A stretch of 64,000 nt of DNA from an uncultured delta proteobacterium (GTDB lineage: Bacteria; Desulfobacterota; Syntrophia; Syntrophales; Smithellaceae). The notes under the pieces were generated by a model. That model was not told where the DNA came from, searched no databases, and saw nothing but the letters and a program-made list of their open reading frames with translations. The first letter of the stretch is position 1. Every line of letters begins with the position of its first letter. Below are positions 37,988 to 46,603 of the stretch, piece after piece. Position numbers and translations under genes: made by a program. The stretch is from assembly GCA_963726395.1 (NCBI GenBank), contig CAVSCG010000036.1:19060-83059 (forward strand), read 5' to 3'.

Positions 37988-39256
37988 CTACCAGCCTTTC
38001 TTCCACATATCCTCGTCGTCGTAAACTTTCTCATCGTCAGACGCTTCAGGCGCATCCATTTCACAGTCGCGTGTTTTTTGTTTGGCTTTTTCACGGAAAT
38101 ATTCACGATACCACTCATGCGCGGTAATCATGGCCATCACTTCGCTGGTACCCGTCCAGATCGAGGCCAGACGAACGTCTCGATAGATACGTTCAATGGG
38201 GAAAACGTTCGTATAGCCGATGCCGCCCATGACCTGCATAGAATTATGGACCACTTTCTGACAGGATTCCGTAATGAATTTTTTACTCTGTGAAACCATC
38301 CGGCGAATGAGATTCATATCAGCACGCTCATCCACCGCGCGCGCCGTCGCGTAAGCCATGGCACGCGCCGCATCCAGCAGCATAACGGCTTCAGCCACCT
38401 GAAAACTCACGCCTTCAAACGTATTAATGACCTGTCCGAATGCTTTGCGCCTTGATGTATAATTTGTGGCGATTTCCAGAGCAGGACGCGCCGCACCGAT
38501 CGTCATAGCTGCTGTGCCCAGACGCTCCGGGATCATCATGGTATTAAACACCGCCTGAGCTCCCTGGATTTTACCGACAACATTTTTTTTAGGCACCTTC
38601 ACATCGCGAAAAATGATCCGGCCGGTACCCCCACCGCGGCAGCCCATCAGACCATACAGATATTTCACTTCCACACCCTCCGTCCGGTCAACGATGAAGC
38701 AGGTAATGGCGTCCTGCGGCTTCGCGTCCGGATGCGTGCGGGCATACACCAGGAAAAAGTCAGCTCCCTCCGCGCCGACGATGAACCGTTTCTGACCGTT
38801 TAAGAGATAGTAGTCTCCGCAATCTTCAGCCTTGGTGGTCGCGCCGAAGAAATCCGATCCACCGCGCGGTTCGGTCAGGCACTCCGCCGCAAAAAGGTCG
38901 CCACGTAAAAGCGGTTTGACGTATTTTTCTTTTTGCTCATCCGTTCCATGCAGAATAATCGCATCGCAAACCAGCTCCGCACCCACACCGAAGACGCAGG
39001 CAAATTCATAGCCGATCACACCGACTTCTTCCATGATCATGCAGGTCGTCACCCAGTCCATATCCCTGCCGCCCCATTTTTTCGGATAGCGGCAGCCCAT
39101 CAGATTTCTTTGCGCGGCTTCGCGCAAAAACTCTTTGGGAAATTTGATGGTGTCCGTATCCATATCCAGAATCATCTGGCGCGGAATGCCTCTGACAAAT
39201 TCACGAACTTCGTCACGGATTTTAATCTGCTCTTTCGTCAACATATACTCAAACAT
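37988..39256 (-). CDS. Acyl-CoA dehydrogenase with acidic C-terminal extension
   Basis: Start at MFEYMLTKEQIKIRDEV. Contains CLTEPRGGSDF, YLLNGQKRFI, QVMGGIGYTNVFPIERIYRDVRLASIWTGTSEV. The tail REKAKQKTRDCEMDAPEASDDEKVYDDEDMWKKGW follows the normal end. Confidence 0.9.
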   Translation of the reverse strand: MFEYMLTKEQIKIRDEVREFVRGIPRQMILDMDTDTIKFPKEFLREAAQRNLMGCRYPKKWGGRDMDWVTTCMIMEEVGVIGYEFACVFGVGAELVCDAIILHGTDEQKEKYVKPLLRGDLFAAECLTEPRGGSDFFGATTKAEDCGDYYLLNGQKRFIVGAEGADFFLVYARTHPDAKPQDAITCFIVDRTEGVEVKYLYGLMGCRGGGTGRIIFRDVKVPKKNVVGKIQGAQAVFNTMMIPERLGTAAMTIGAARPALEIATNYTSRRKAFGQVINTFEGVSFQVAEAVMLLDAARAMAYATARAVDERADMNLIRRMVSQSKKFITESCQKVVHNSMQVMGGIGYTNVFPIERIYRDVRLASIWTGTSEVMAMITAHEWYREYFREKAKQKTRDCEMDAPEASDDEKVYDDEDMWKKGW

Positions 39257-39463
39257 GGCTTCCTCCCTTATCATGCGGTGGTTTTTAGCTTTGTCTCGTC
39301 GCAAAGTTTCGGGGATTATAACAGAAAGGTGTCCTGATACGTATAACAAATGACAGTTTCAGAACAAAAATCCCTCTTGACTATTATCCGGTAGTGTGAC
39401 CATGCTGCAGCCATAGAGCGTGATCTTTTTTAAAATACTGGTTATTTTTAATCAATGAGACGC

Positions 39464-39503
39464 AACCACCGGAACCGCTTTTTGTCCTGGTGGTTTTTTG
39501 TTT
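39464..39503 (+). terminator. Orphan terminator-like hairpin + U-run in the acd/rbp divergent intergenic region
   Basis: AACCACCGG-13 nt-CC(U)GGUGGUU followed by UUUUUGUUU. No annotated plus-strand gene lies upstream. Confidence 0.45.
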
Positions 39504-39724
39504 ACCACCCTGCGACGACGACATTAAGAGTATAAAGCCGCGGGTGATATAGATAAACCGGGCAAGCACAATCGCTCGGCAGGTGAGGCATACAAGCCCT
39601 CCCTTCAACCTTCCTTCTCAATCAGGAGCTGGATGGGGGTGATGACGATGCTTTGTGGAACCCCACGGGGGAATGAAGGTTTAACCTATGCCAAACGATT
39701 GGCATAAAGAGAAAGGGAACTAAA

Positions 39725-40087
39725 ATGAACAAGAATTTGTATGTCGGCAACCTGTCTTTCAAGGTCACGGATGAAGACCTGAAGACAAACTTTGCGGAAG
39801 CAGGCGAAGTCGCCTCCGCGTCCATTATTAAAGACAAATTTACCGGCCAGTCCAAGGGATTCGGCTTTGTCGAAATGAAAACTGAAGAAGGCGCCACTCA
39901 GGCCATTCAGAAGTTTAATGGCGGCATGCTGGACGGCAAGGCCATTACCGTCAACGAAGCCAGACCGAAGAAAGAATTCGGCGCAGGCGGCGGCGGAAAT
40001 CGCGGCGGCGGTGGTGGATACCGTGGCGGCGGCGGTGGTGGAAACCGTGGCGGCGGTGCTGGTGGAAACCGTGGCGGCAGATACTAA
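39725..40087 (+). CDS. RRM-type RNA-binding protein with Gly/Arg-rich (RGG) tail
   Basis: NLYVGNLSFKVT (RNP2), KGFGFVEM (RNP1), then C-terminal GGGNRGGGGGYRGGGGGGNRGGGAGGNRGG. Confidence 0.9.
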   Translation: MNKNLYVGNLSFKVTDEDLKTNFAEAGEVASASIIKDKFTGQSKGFGFVEMKTEEGATQAIQKFNGGMLDGKAITVNEARPKKEFGAGGGGNRGGGGGYRGGGGGGNRGGGAGGNRGGRY

Positions 40088-40115
40088 GATCCGCTAAAAA
40101 ATTGAATTTCAATTG

Positions 40116-40160
40116 AAAAGAGCAGAAGGCCGTTGAATATACTCCTTCTGCTCTTTTTGT
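40116..40160. terminator. Bidirectional rho-independent terminator between convergent rbp and aminotransferase genes
   Basis: GAGCAGAAGG-14 nt-CCUUCUGCUC, flanked by an A-run 5' and UUUUUGUUU 3'. Confidence 0.8.
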
Positions 40161-41462
40161 TTATTTGCTCGAATGAATATATTCGGTAATTTTCGCGGCG
40201 ATGGTTTTGACGACAAATTCAAATTCATCAACATCCTTGTCCAGGAGCGTCATTCGGAAACCAAGCAGCGGTGAGAAAAATGACGTCAGCGGCACCACAC
40301 AGATACCGGTGGACGCCAGCAGATAGTAAACGAACCGTTTGTCGTACTCAACGTCCCCAGTGAGGCTCTCCACATAATTTCGTACATCCGATTGCTCAAT
40401 CGACAGAAATTGCCGCTCGTTGAGCACTGACTCGTTGAAGAGGACTGTCATATAAAACGCGCCGTTGCTTTTGTTGGCAATTAGAAAAGGAACATCTTTC
40501 AAAATGCCGTAGGCAATGTTGGAGAGCTTTTCATAATGCTGCGTGCGCTCCCGCAAATAATTTTTATATTCCGGATGCGTCATGATTTTTGGAATCGCCA
40601 TTTGCGGCAGCGTGGTAGAACACACTTCCGACATCTTTTGATGTAAAATGGTATTGATGAAGCGGTTGAAAATCGGATCCTTGTCCGCATTATATACTTC
40701 CATCCAGCCACAACGCGCACCCGGCCAGGGAAGTTCCTTGGAAATGCCCTTCATGGAAATGCCCGGCACATCGCCGATCACATCTCCGATCGGCACCGTC
40801 GATTTACCGTTGTAAACAATGTTGATATAGGTCTCATCGGAAATCACAAAAAGATCATTTTCCCGGGCAATTCGCACTACATTCTCCAGCGCCTCCACCG
40901 GATAGACAAAGCCGGTGGGGTTGTCGGGATTAATGATCAGAATGCCGACAATGGCCCGATGACTTTTCACTTTCTGCTCCAACTCCCTCAGATCGGGCTG
41001 CCAGTTGTTGTAAGGATTCATCCGGTAGGTATTGGGCGGAAAGGAAGCGTGAAGCACTTCCGCCATCAAATGCGTGGAATAGGTCGGCTCCGGCATGATC
41101 ATGCGGGCATCCACCTGAATGGAGCTATAGGCGCGGGCAATCGCGTCGCCCAGGCCGTTGAAGAAAATAATATCTTCGGGTGTAATCTGAATTTTTCCGC
41201 GTGCATTCACACGGTCGGCAATAAAAGCGCGCGTGGCATCGACTCCCTTGGTGGGCGAATAAGCATAGGATACGTTTTCTTTAATAATGTCAATGAGTAC
41301 ATCTTTCATCCAGGCGGGAATATTTTCCCCTTTTTGCACCGGATCGCCAATGTTTTCCCAGATGATTTTCAAACCGTATTCCTGCATTTTTTTAGCAATG
41401 AGCACGATATTGCGGATTTCATAAGTCAGCCCGCTGCCGCCGCGGGAAATTTCAAAACGCAT
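40161..41462 (-). CDS. Class I/II PLP-dependent aminotransferase (alanine/aspartate aminotransferase-like)
   Basis: 433 aa. Contains IINPDNPTG, ISDETY, GISKELPWPGARCGW (PLP-Lys region). Confidence 0.85.
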   Translation of the reverse strand: MRFEISRGGSGLTYEIRNIVLIAKKMQEYGLKIIWENIGDPVQKGENIPAWMKDVLIDIIKENVSYAYSPTKGVDATRAFIADRVNARGKIQITPEDIIFFNGLGDAIARAYSSIQVDARMIMPEPTYSTHLMAEVLHASFPPNTYRMNPYNNWQPDLRELEQKVKSHRAIVGILIINPDNPTGFVYPVEALENVVRIARENDLFVISDETYINIVYNGKSTVPIGDVIGDVPGISMKGISKELPWPGARCGWMEVYNADKDPIFNRFINTILHQKMSEVCSTTLPQMAIPKIMTHPEYKNYLRERTQHYEKLSNIAYGILKDVPFLIANKSNGAFYMTVLFNESVLNERQFLSIEQSDVRNYVESLTGDVEYDKRFVYYLLASTGICVVPLTSFFSPLLGFRMTLLDKDVDEFEFVVKTIAAKITEYIHSSK

Positions 41463-41635
41463 AAGTTACTTAACTCCTTGGATATTTGTAGAGCAATCCA
41501 TAATACATATTTTTTAATTTATCCAGAGTTTTTTAATTTTTACGCTATTTGCTGACCGGACGATAACTTTCTAAAGGACAAAAAGACCTTTTCGTGATAT
41601 TCAAAAAAATAATAAAAAACAAAAGGACATAGATT

Positions 41636-42809
41636 ATGGACGATACAAAGACTTTTGCCGAAATGTTCGAGGAATCCTATGCCACCCCCAAGCGATTTTC
41701 CGTGGGGGAAAAAGTGGAAGCGACAATTGTCAAAATTTCGCCGGAATGGATTTTTATTGATTTGGGCGCTAAAAGTGAAGGCTACATGGATAAAAAAGAA
41801 TTCCTCGATGACGCGGGCAATCTGACCGTTAAAGAAGGCGACACCGTCACCGCCTACTTCCTTTCGTCGCGTCACAGCGAAAGACTCTTTACGACCAAAT
41901 TGCTCGCACGCAAAAGCGTGGATGAATTTTTAGTCAACGCCTATTCCAACGCGATTCCACTGGAGGCGATTGTCGAAAAAGAAATTAAAGGCGGCTTCTC
42001 CATAAAAATCAGCGCCAGTGCGAACGGCTTTTGTCCTTACTCGCAAATGGACACGAGAAAAATTGACAACGCCGCGGATTACGTCGGTAAAAAATTCGAT
42101 TTCATTGTCATAGAATATGGAGAAAATGGTCGCAAGATTATCCTATCGCGCCGCCCGTTGCTGGAAAAGATTGAAGAGGAGAAAAAATCCGTCCCTGCAA
42201 AACTCCCTGCAAAAAGGTATGACGGTACAAGGCGTGGTAACCTCGGTGCGCGACTTCGGCGCGTTTGTCGATATCGGCGGCGTGCAGGCCCTGCTGCCGG
42301 TTTCGGAAATGACCTGGGGTAGAGTAGAAGACACGCGATCACTCTATAAACCAGGCGACACCATTGAAGCCGTCATCATTAACCTGGATTGGGAAAACGA
42401 CCGCGTGACGCTATCCTTCAAAGATACACTCCCCGATCCGTGGAATGAGGTTGTCCGAAATTATATCGAAGGCAGCATCCACAAGGGCAAAGTTTCAAGG
42501 CTGACGGATTTTGGCGCGTTTATCACGCTGGAAGCAGGCGTGGATGGGCTCTTGCATATCTCCAAACTGGGCAAAGGGAAAAAGATCAAGCACGCCCAAG
42601 ACGTCCTGTCCAAAGATCGCGAAATCGACGTGAGAATCGAAAAGATTGACCGCGACAATAAGCGAATATCACTGGATCTTGCAACAAACAGCGAGGAGAA
42701 AAATGGCTCGTCGGAAGAAAGCGACAACTATCAGAGTTACATGCCCAAGGCGCCCAAAACCATGGGTACATTCGGCGATCTGCTGAGCAAAGCAAAAAAG
42801 AAGAAATAA
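41636..42809 (+). pseudogene. S1 RNA-binding domain protein (RpsA-like, about 4 S1 domains), one frameshift
   Basis: 41636..42322 and 42117..42809 join as ..LLEKIEEEKNPSLQNSLQKGMTVQGVVTSVRDFGAFVDIGG.. if the A6 run at 42182..42187 is A5. Repeated S1 motifs are present (G.V..L.DFGAFI). Confidence 0.85.
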
Positions 42810-42936
42810 AAGACAAGGTATCATCTCTTATGAGCACGAAGCATAATTTGATGACCTGATACCCTGAGGACGAGGTCACACGAGGTTATATGTCTTGCCC
42901 CGACTTTTCCTTGAACCTCGCGCCCCCTCCCGGGGG

Positions 42937-45096
42937 TTATCCCTGAACCTTCGCGGTTAAAACCATCAGCGCATCCGCCACGATCGGTTCATCGTCTCGG
43001 ATCATGATGGGATTGAGATCGATCTCGGCGATTTCAGGATGCAGAAGCGCGATGTTACCTACAGTCTGAAGAATCTGCGTCAATACATCCAGCTTCACCG
43101 GCGGCATGCCCCGATACTCGTGCAGTAATTTTCCGGACCGGAGATCGGCAAACATTTCCTTGGCGTCCACATCGGCCAGAGGAGCCTGGCGGATCGTCGT
43201 ATCCTGGTAAACCTCCGTCAGTACACCGCCCAGTCCGAACACCACACATGGCGCAAATCCGGCAAAGCGCGTCATCCCGGCCAGAAACTCACGGTTGCCG
43301 CTCACCATTTCCTGCACCAGCACCGCCACATGCCGGCCTGCCGCCTTCTGAATGCTGTCGAATGCTTTTTTAACCTGCACCGCATCTTGGATATTCAACT
43401 CAATCAACCCCTTGCCGCTTTTGTGCTGGATATCCCAACTGCATGCCTTGAGCGCAACGGGATACTGAATGCCTTCGGCGGCATCCACCGTATCTTGCTT
43501 TGTCAAGACCAACACCTCTCGTGTAACCGGCACACCGTAGAGAGCCAGAAGTTGTTTGGCCTCGTATTCATCGAGCGCCGTCCGGCCCGCAGCCTGCGCC
43601 TGCCGGATCACCTCCACCGCCTGCTCTTGCACCTGCGGCACGACCGGGGGAACAGCGCGGACGCGCTCTCTAATCAACTTATAACGGTAAAGGGATCCCA
43701 GCGCACGGGCGGCATTTTCCGGAGAATTAAAAACAGGCGTATTGGCATCCTGGTAGCTCTTGGTATAATTGTCTTCGTGATCAAAAAAGGACGAGATCAG
43801 AAACGGCATGGAACACATATGGGGCAAATCAAAAGCATTCCCCTTGAGGGATCTCGTGCCTTCCAGGAAATCCTCATAGGACATGCCACGGATAAAATCA
43901 CGTAAGTGCGAGAAAACTTCGATCATGAAACCCGAGTGCACGATACCGTGCAGAACAATCGCGTCCACCTCACCGCTTTTCATGATCATCTCCGGCAGCG
44001 TCGTTGTCAGTTTTTCCATACTTACATCAAACGTCATATCCACCGGGTTGGAGGCCGAAGCATGCGGTGCAATTTGCGGCCGGATTTCCTGCTGAAGACG
44101 TTCCGAAAAAGGAGAAACTTCCATACCCGCTTGATCACACGTATAGGCAATCGCCGTGCCCGGCCCGCCGGAATTGGTCACAATTCCCACTCGTTTTCCG
44201 AGAAGTGGCGGTTGCGTCGCCAACGCCCAGCCGTGGGCATAGAGGTCTTCAATACTGCGCACGCGGATAATGCCCGCCTGCTTGAAGATACCGTCGTAGA
44301 GAAAATCCGGACCGGCCATCGCGCCCGTGTGACTGGAACCGGCCCGCGCGCCGGAGGCCGAACCACCCACATATTGCGCCACCACCGGCTTGCGCTGCGT
44401 AACCCTGCGGGCAACTTCCACAAATCGTCTGCCATTGCGGATTCCTTCAATGTAAAGAATGATCGCTTTGGTCTGCTCGTCTTCACCCAGGTACTCCAGC
44501 GCATCGACCATATCGATATTGGCTTCATTGCCCAGACTGATGGCCTTGCTCAAGCGAATACCTTTTTTCCTTAAATACGGCAGAACCTGCGTCACATAAG
44601 TACCGCTCTGCGAGGCAAACCCCAGCAGACCAGGCCCGGTTGTCAATGGGAAGACCGTTGTGTTGAGTGAATTTTCGGAATTGATGATCCCCAGGCAATT
44701 GGGGCCCACAAAACGAATCCCGTACTGCTGGGCTATAGCGTTAATCTGCTCTTCCATTTTCCGACCGGTAGCACCGGTTTCCTTGAAACCCGCAGTGACG
44801 ACGATCGCTCTTTTCGTTCCGATTTTGCCAAAATCCGCAAGCAAGGTCGTCATGGCTTTGTTGGGCACGATAAAAACGACCAGATCGGGCACCTCCGGCA
44901 AATCGGACGCCGCCTTAAAAGCAGGATATCCCAGAACGGTTTGTTCCGTCAGGTGAATGGGATAAAATTTGCCCGCATAGCCGTCTTTTATAATGCTTAA
45001 CGCCTGAATAGTTCCCATTTTGAAAAAATCATTACTGGCGCCGACAACCGCGACGGATCGTGGATTCATAAGTAATTGCAAAGGGTTTTCCGACAT
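42937..45096 (-). CDS. ADP-forming acetyl/acyl-CoA synthetase (fused CoA-binding/succinyl-CoA-synthetase-like + ATP-grasp domains)
   Basis: MSENPLQLLMNPRSVAVVGAS..., GPNCLGI, GNEANID, SHTGAMAG, plus a C-terminal ATP-grasp (LDEYEAKQLLALYGVPV). The start could also be 45105 or 45168. Confidence 0.85.
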   Translation of the reverse strand: MSENPLQLLMNPRSVAVVGASNDFFKMGTIQALSIIKDGYAGKFYPIHLTEQTVLGYPAFKAASDLPEVPDLVVFIVPNKAMTTLLADFGKIGTKRAIVVTAGFKETGATGRKMEEQINAIAQQYGIRFVGPNCLGIINSENSLNTTVFPLTTGPGLLGFASQSGTYVTQVLPYLRKKGIRLSKAISLGNEANIDMVDALEYLGEDEQTKAIILYIEGIRNGRRFVEVARRVTQRKPVVAQYVGGSASGARAGSSHTGAMAGPDFLYDGIFKQAGIIRVRSIEDLYAHGWALATQPPLLGKRVGIVTNSGGPGTAIAYTCDQAGMEVSPFSERLQQEIRPQIAPHASASNPVDMTFDVSMEKLTTTLPEMIMKSGEVDAIVLHGIVHSGFMIEVFSHLRDFIRGMSYEDFLEGTRSLKGNAFDLPHMCSMPFLISSFFDHEDNYTKSYQDANTPVFNSPENAARALGSLYRYKLIRERVRAVPPVVPQVQEQAVEVIRQAQAAGRTALDEYEAKQLLALYGVPVTREVLVLTKQDTVDAAEGIQYPVALKACSWDIQHKSGKGLIELNIQDAVQVKKAFDSIQKAAGRHVAVLVQEMVSGNREFLAGMTRFAGFAPCVVFGLGGVLTEVYQDTTIRQAPLADVDAKEMFADLRSGKLLHEYRGMPPVKLDVLTQILQTVGNIALLHPEIAEIDLNPIMIRDDEPIVADALMVLTAKVQG

Positions 45097-45349
45097 GAGC
45101 GTCATTCCTTTTGTGAATTTTTCAAAACTTGCTGAGAGCAAGTACAAACAAAGAGCCGTGTCTGTCAAGGTAAAATGCAGTTTTCCTGACGATTACCGGG
45201 AAAATCCTGCCAATAAGTTTTCGATTCTGATCGACATCCGGGAGCGGTCATGAAAACTTCTTGTTGAATATCCCGGCACCATGATTTATGCTCCCGGACA
45301 GTTTAGAACAGAGCGACAAATAATCTTTCCCCGTGCAGGAAAGAGATGA

Positions 45350-45994
45350 TTGAGGACAGTGATGGGTTTAATCCGTTTGTTAATCAGCGATCCGGCGGCA
45401 TTCGTCATGCTGGCCGTGTTGCTTTTGTATTCCGTGATATTGCACGAGCTGGCGCACGGCTGGGTAGCCTACAAGATGGGCGACGAAACGGCCAAATGGC
45501 TGGGCAGGCTGACACTCAATCCGATCAAGCATCTTGATCCTATCGGCTCGCTAATGCTTTTAATTATCGGTTTCGGCTGGGCCAAACCGGTCCCGGTCAA
45601 TCTGGAAAATATCCCCGTGCCGCAAAGACGCAAGGGCTTGATTCTGGTTTCCGCCGCAGGTGTTACGGCCAACATCATCATTGCCTTCATTGCGCTGCTT
45701 TTATGGCGGCTCCTTTCTCCCGAACCGGGCGGGATGGTTTATCAGGTACTTTATACGCTGTCGTATATCAACATCCTGCTGGCCGCGTTCAATTTAATTC
45801 CAATTCCGCCGCTGGACGGCTCGAAAATTTTGATGGGCTTTACGCCGGAATCGTTCAACCGCATCCTGTATCAAATCGAACCTTTCGGTTTTTTTATTGT
45901 GCTGGGCCTGCTGCTTGTAGGCGCGCTCAATCCGGTGATTAACGTGTTCCAATCCGGCATTATAAGTTTTATATCTTTATTTTTGCCTTCATAA
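45350..45994 (+). CDS. Site-2 protease family (peptidase M50) membrane protein
   Basis: HELAHG zinc motif and NLIPIPPLDGSKIL. The start is uncertain (TTG 45350, GTG 45359 or ATG 45362). Confidence 0.85.
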   Translation: MRTVMGLIRLLISDPAAFVMLAVLLLYSVILHELAHGWVAYKMGDETAKWLGRLTLNPIKHLDPIGSLMLLIIGFGWAKPVPVNLENIPVPQRRKGLILVSAAGVTANIIIAFIALLLWRLLSPEPGGMVYQVLYTLSYINILLAAFNLIPIPPLDGSKILMGFTPESFNRILYQIEPFGFFIVLGLLLVGALNPVINVFQSGIISFISLFLPS

Positions 45995-46016
45995 GCGAAA
46001 GAAAGGAGGAAATACC

Positions 46017-46586
46017 ATGGTGACATTTTCCGAGCTGTTACAGAAAAGACGGGCAATCCGGGATTTCGAGGAAAGAGAAGTTCCCTCGAAAATAATCGAC
46101 GAAATCCTTCAGGAATCTACGCTCGCGCCGTCCGCCAGCAATAATCAACCCTGCCGTTTTGTCGTGGTTCAATGCCGTAAAACAATCAAAGCCTTGTCGG
46201 ACGAAAGTAAAGCCAATCTCCTGTATGATCATGCTGAAAAAAAGATCAAGCTCGCTCCCGACTACGTTACGTTTCTGCAAAACGAGAATTTCAATGTGTT
46301 TTACAACGCGCCCTGCCTCATTTATATCGTCGGGGCAAAATCGGTGGGTTCGCTGGATGTGGACGCGGCGCTGGCGGCAAGCTACATCATGTTTTCAGCG
46401 GCAGCCCGGAATTTAGGCACCTGCTGGGTTGCCTTGGGCGCGAATATTCGAGATCCTCAACTGAAGGGAGAACTGGGCATTTCCGATAATCACCGGATCG
46501 TCGCACCAATTATTCTGGGCTATCCTAAAGTGATTCCCGCTTGCAACAAAGCGGCACGCGCCGGAAATTCTCCGCGTGATCACTGA
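46017..46586 (+). CDS. Nitroreductase family protein
   Basis: 189 aa. Contains LQKRRAIRDFEEREVP...APSASNNQPCRFVVV. Confidence 0.85.
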   Translation: MVTFSELLQKRRAIRDFEEREVPSKIIDEILQESTLAPSASNNQPCRFVVVQCRKTIKALSDESKANLLYDHAEKKIKLAPDYVTFLQNENFNVFYNAPCLIYIVGAKSVGSLDVDAALAASYIMFSAAARNLGTCWVALGANIRDPQLKGELGISDNHRIVAPIILGYPKVIPACNKAARAGNSPRDH

Positions 46587-46603
46587 AGCCCATTGATGAT
46601 GGA

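Noticed and set aside
39387-39398. ops/JUMPstart-like sequence TCCGGTAGTGTG (compare GGCGGTAGCGTG).
   Set aside because: Only 9 of 12 positions match. It is not upstream of the polysaccharide operons, and RfaH/ops is not established for this kind of organism.
39990-40080. Tandem GGC/GGT-rich DNA repeats.
   Set aside because: They are fully explained by the (GGNRGG)n tail of the RRM protein. This is not a mobile or CRISPR-like repeat.
43330-44574. Long plus-strand ORFs (191 and 222 aa) opposite the ADP-forming acyl-CoA synthetase. Similar antisense ORFs occur at 1084..1650, 10492..10944, 40959..41555, 49045..49551 and 49548..50138.
   Set aside because: They are Arg/Gly/His-rich, low-complexity translations on the antisense strand of well-supported genes. 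This is typical of shadow ORFs, and no recognisable motifs are present.
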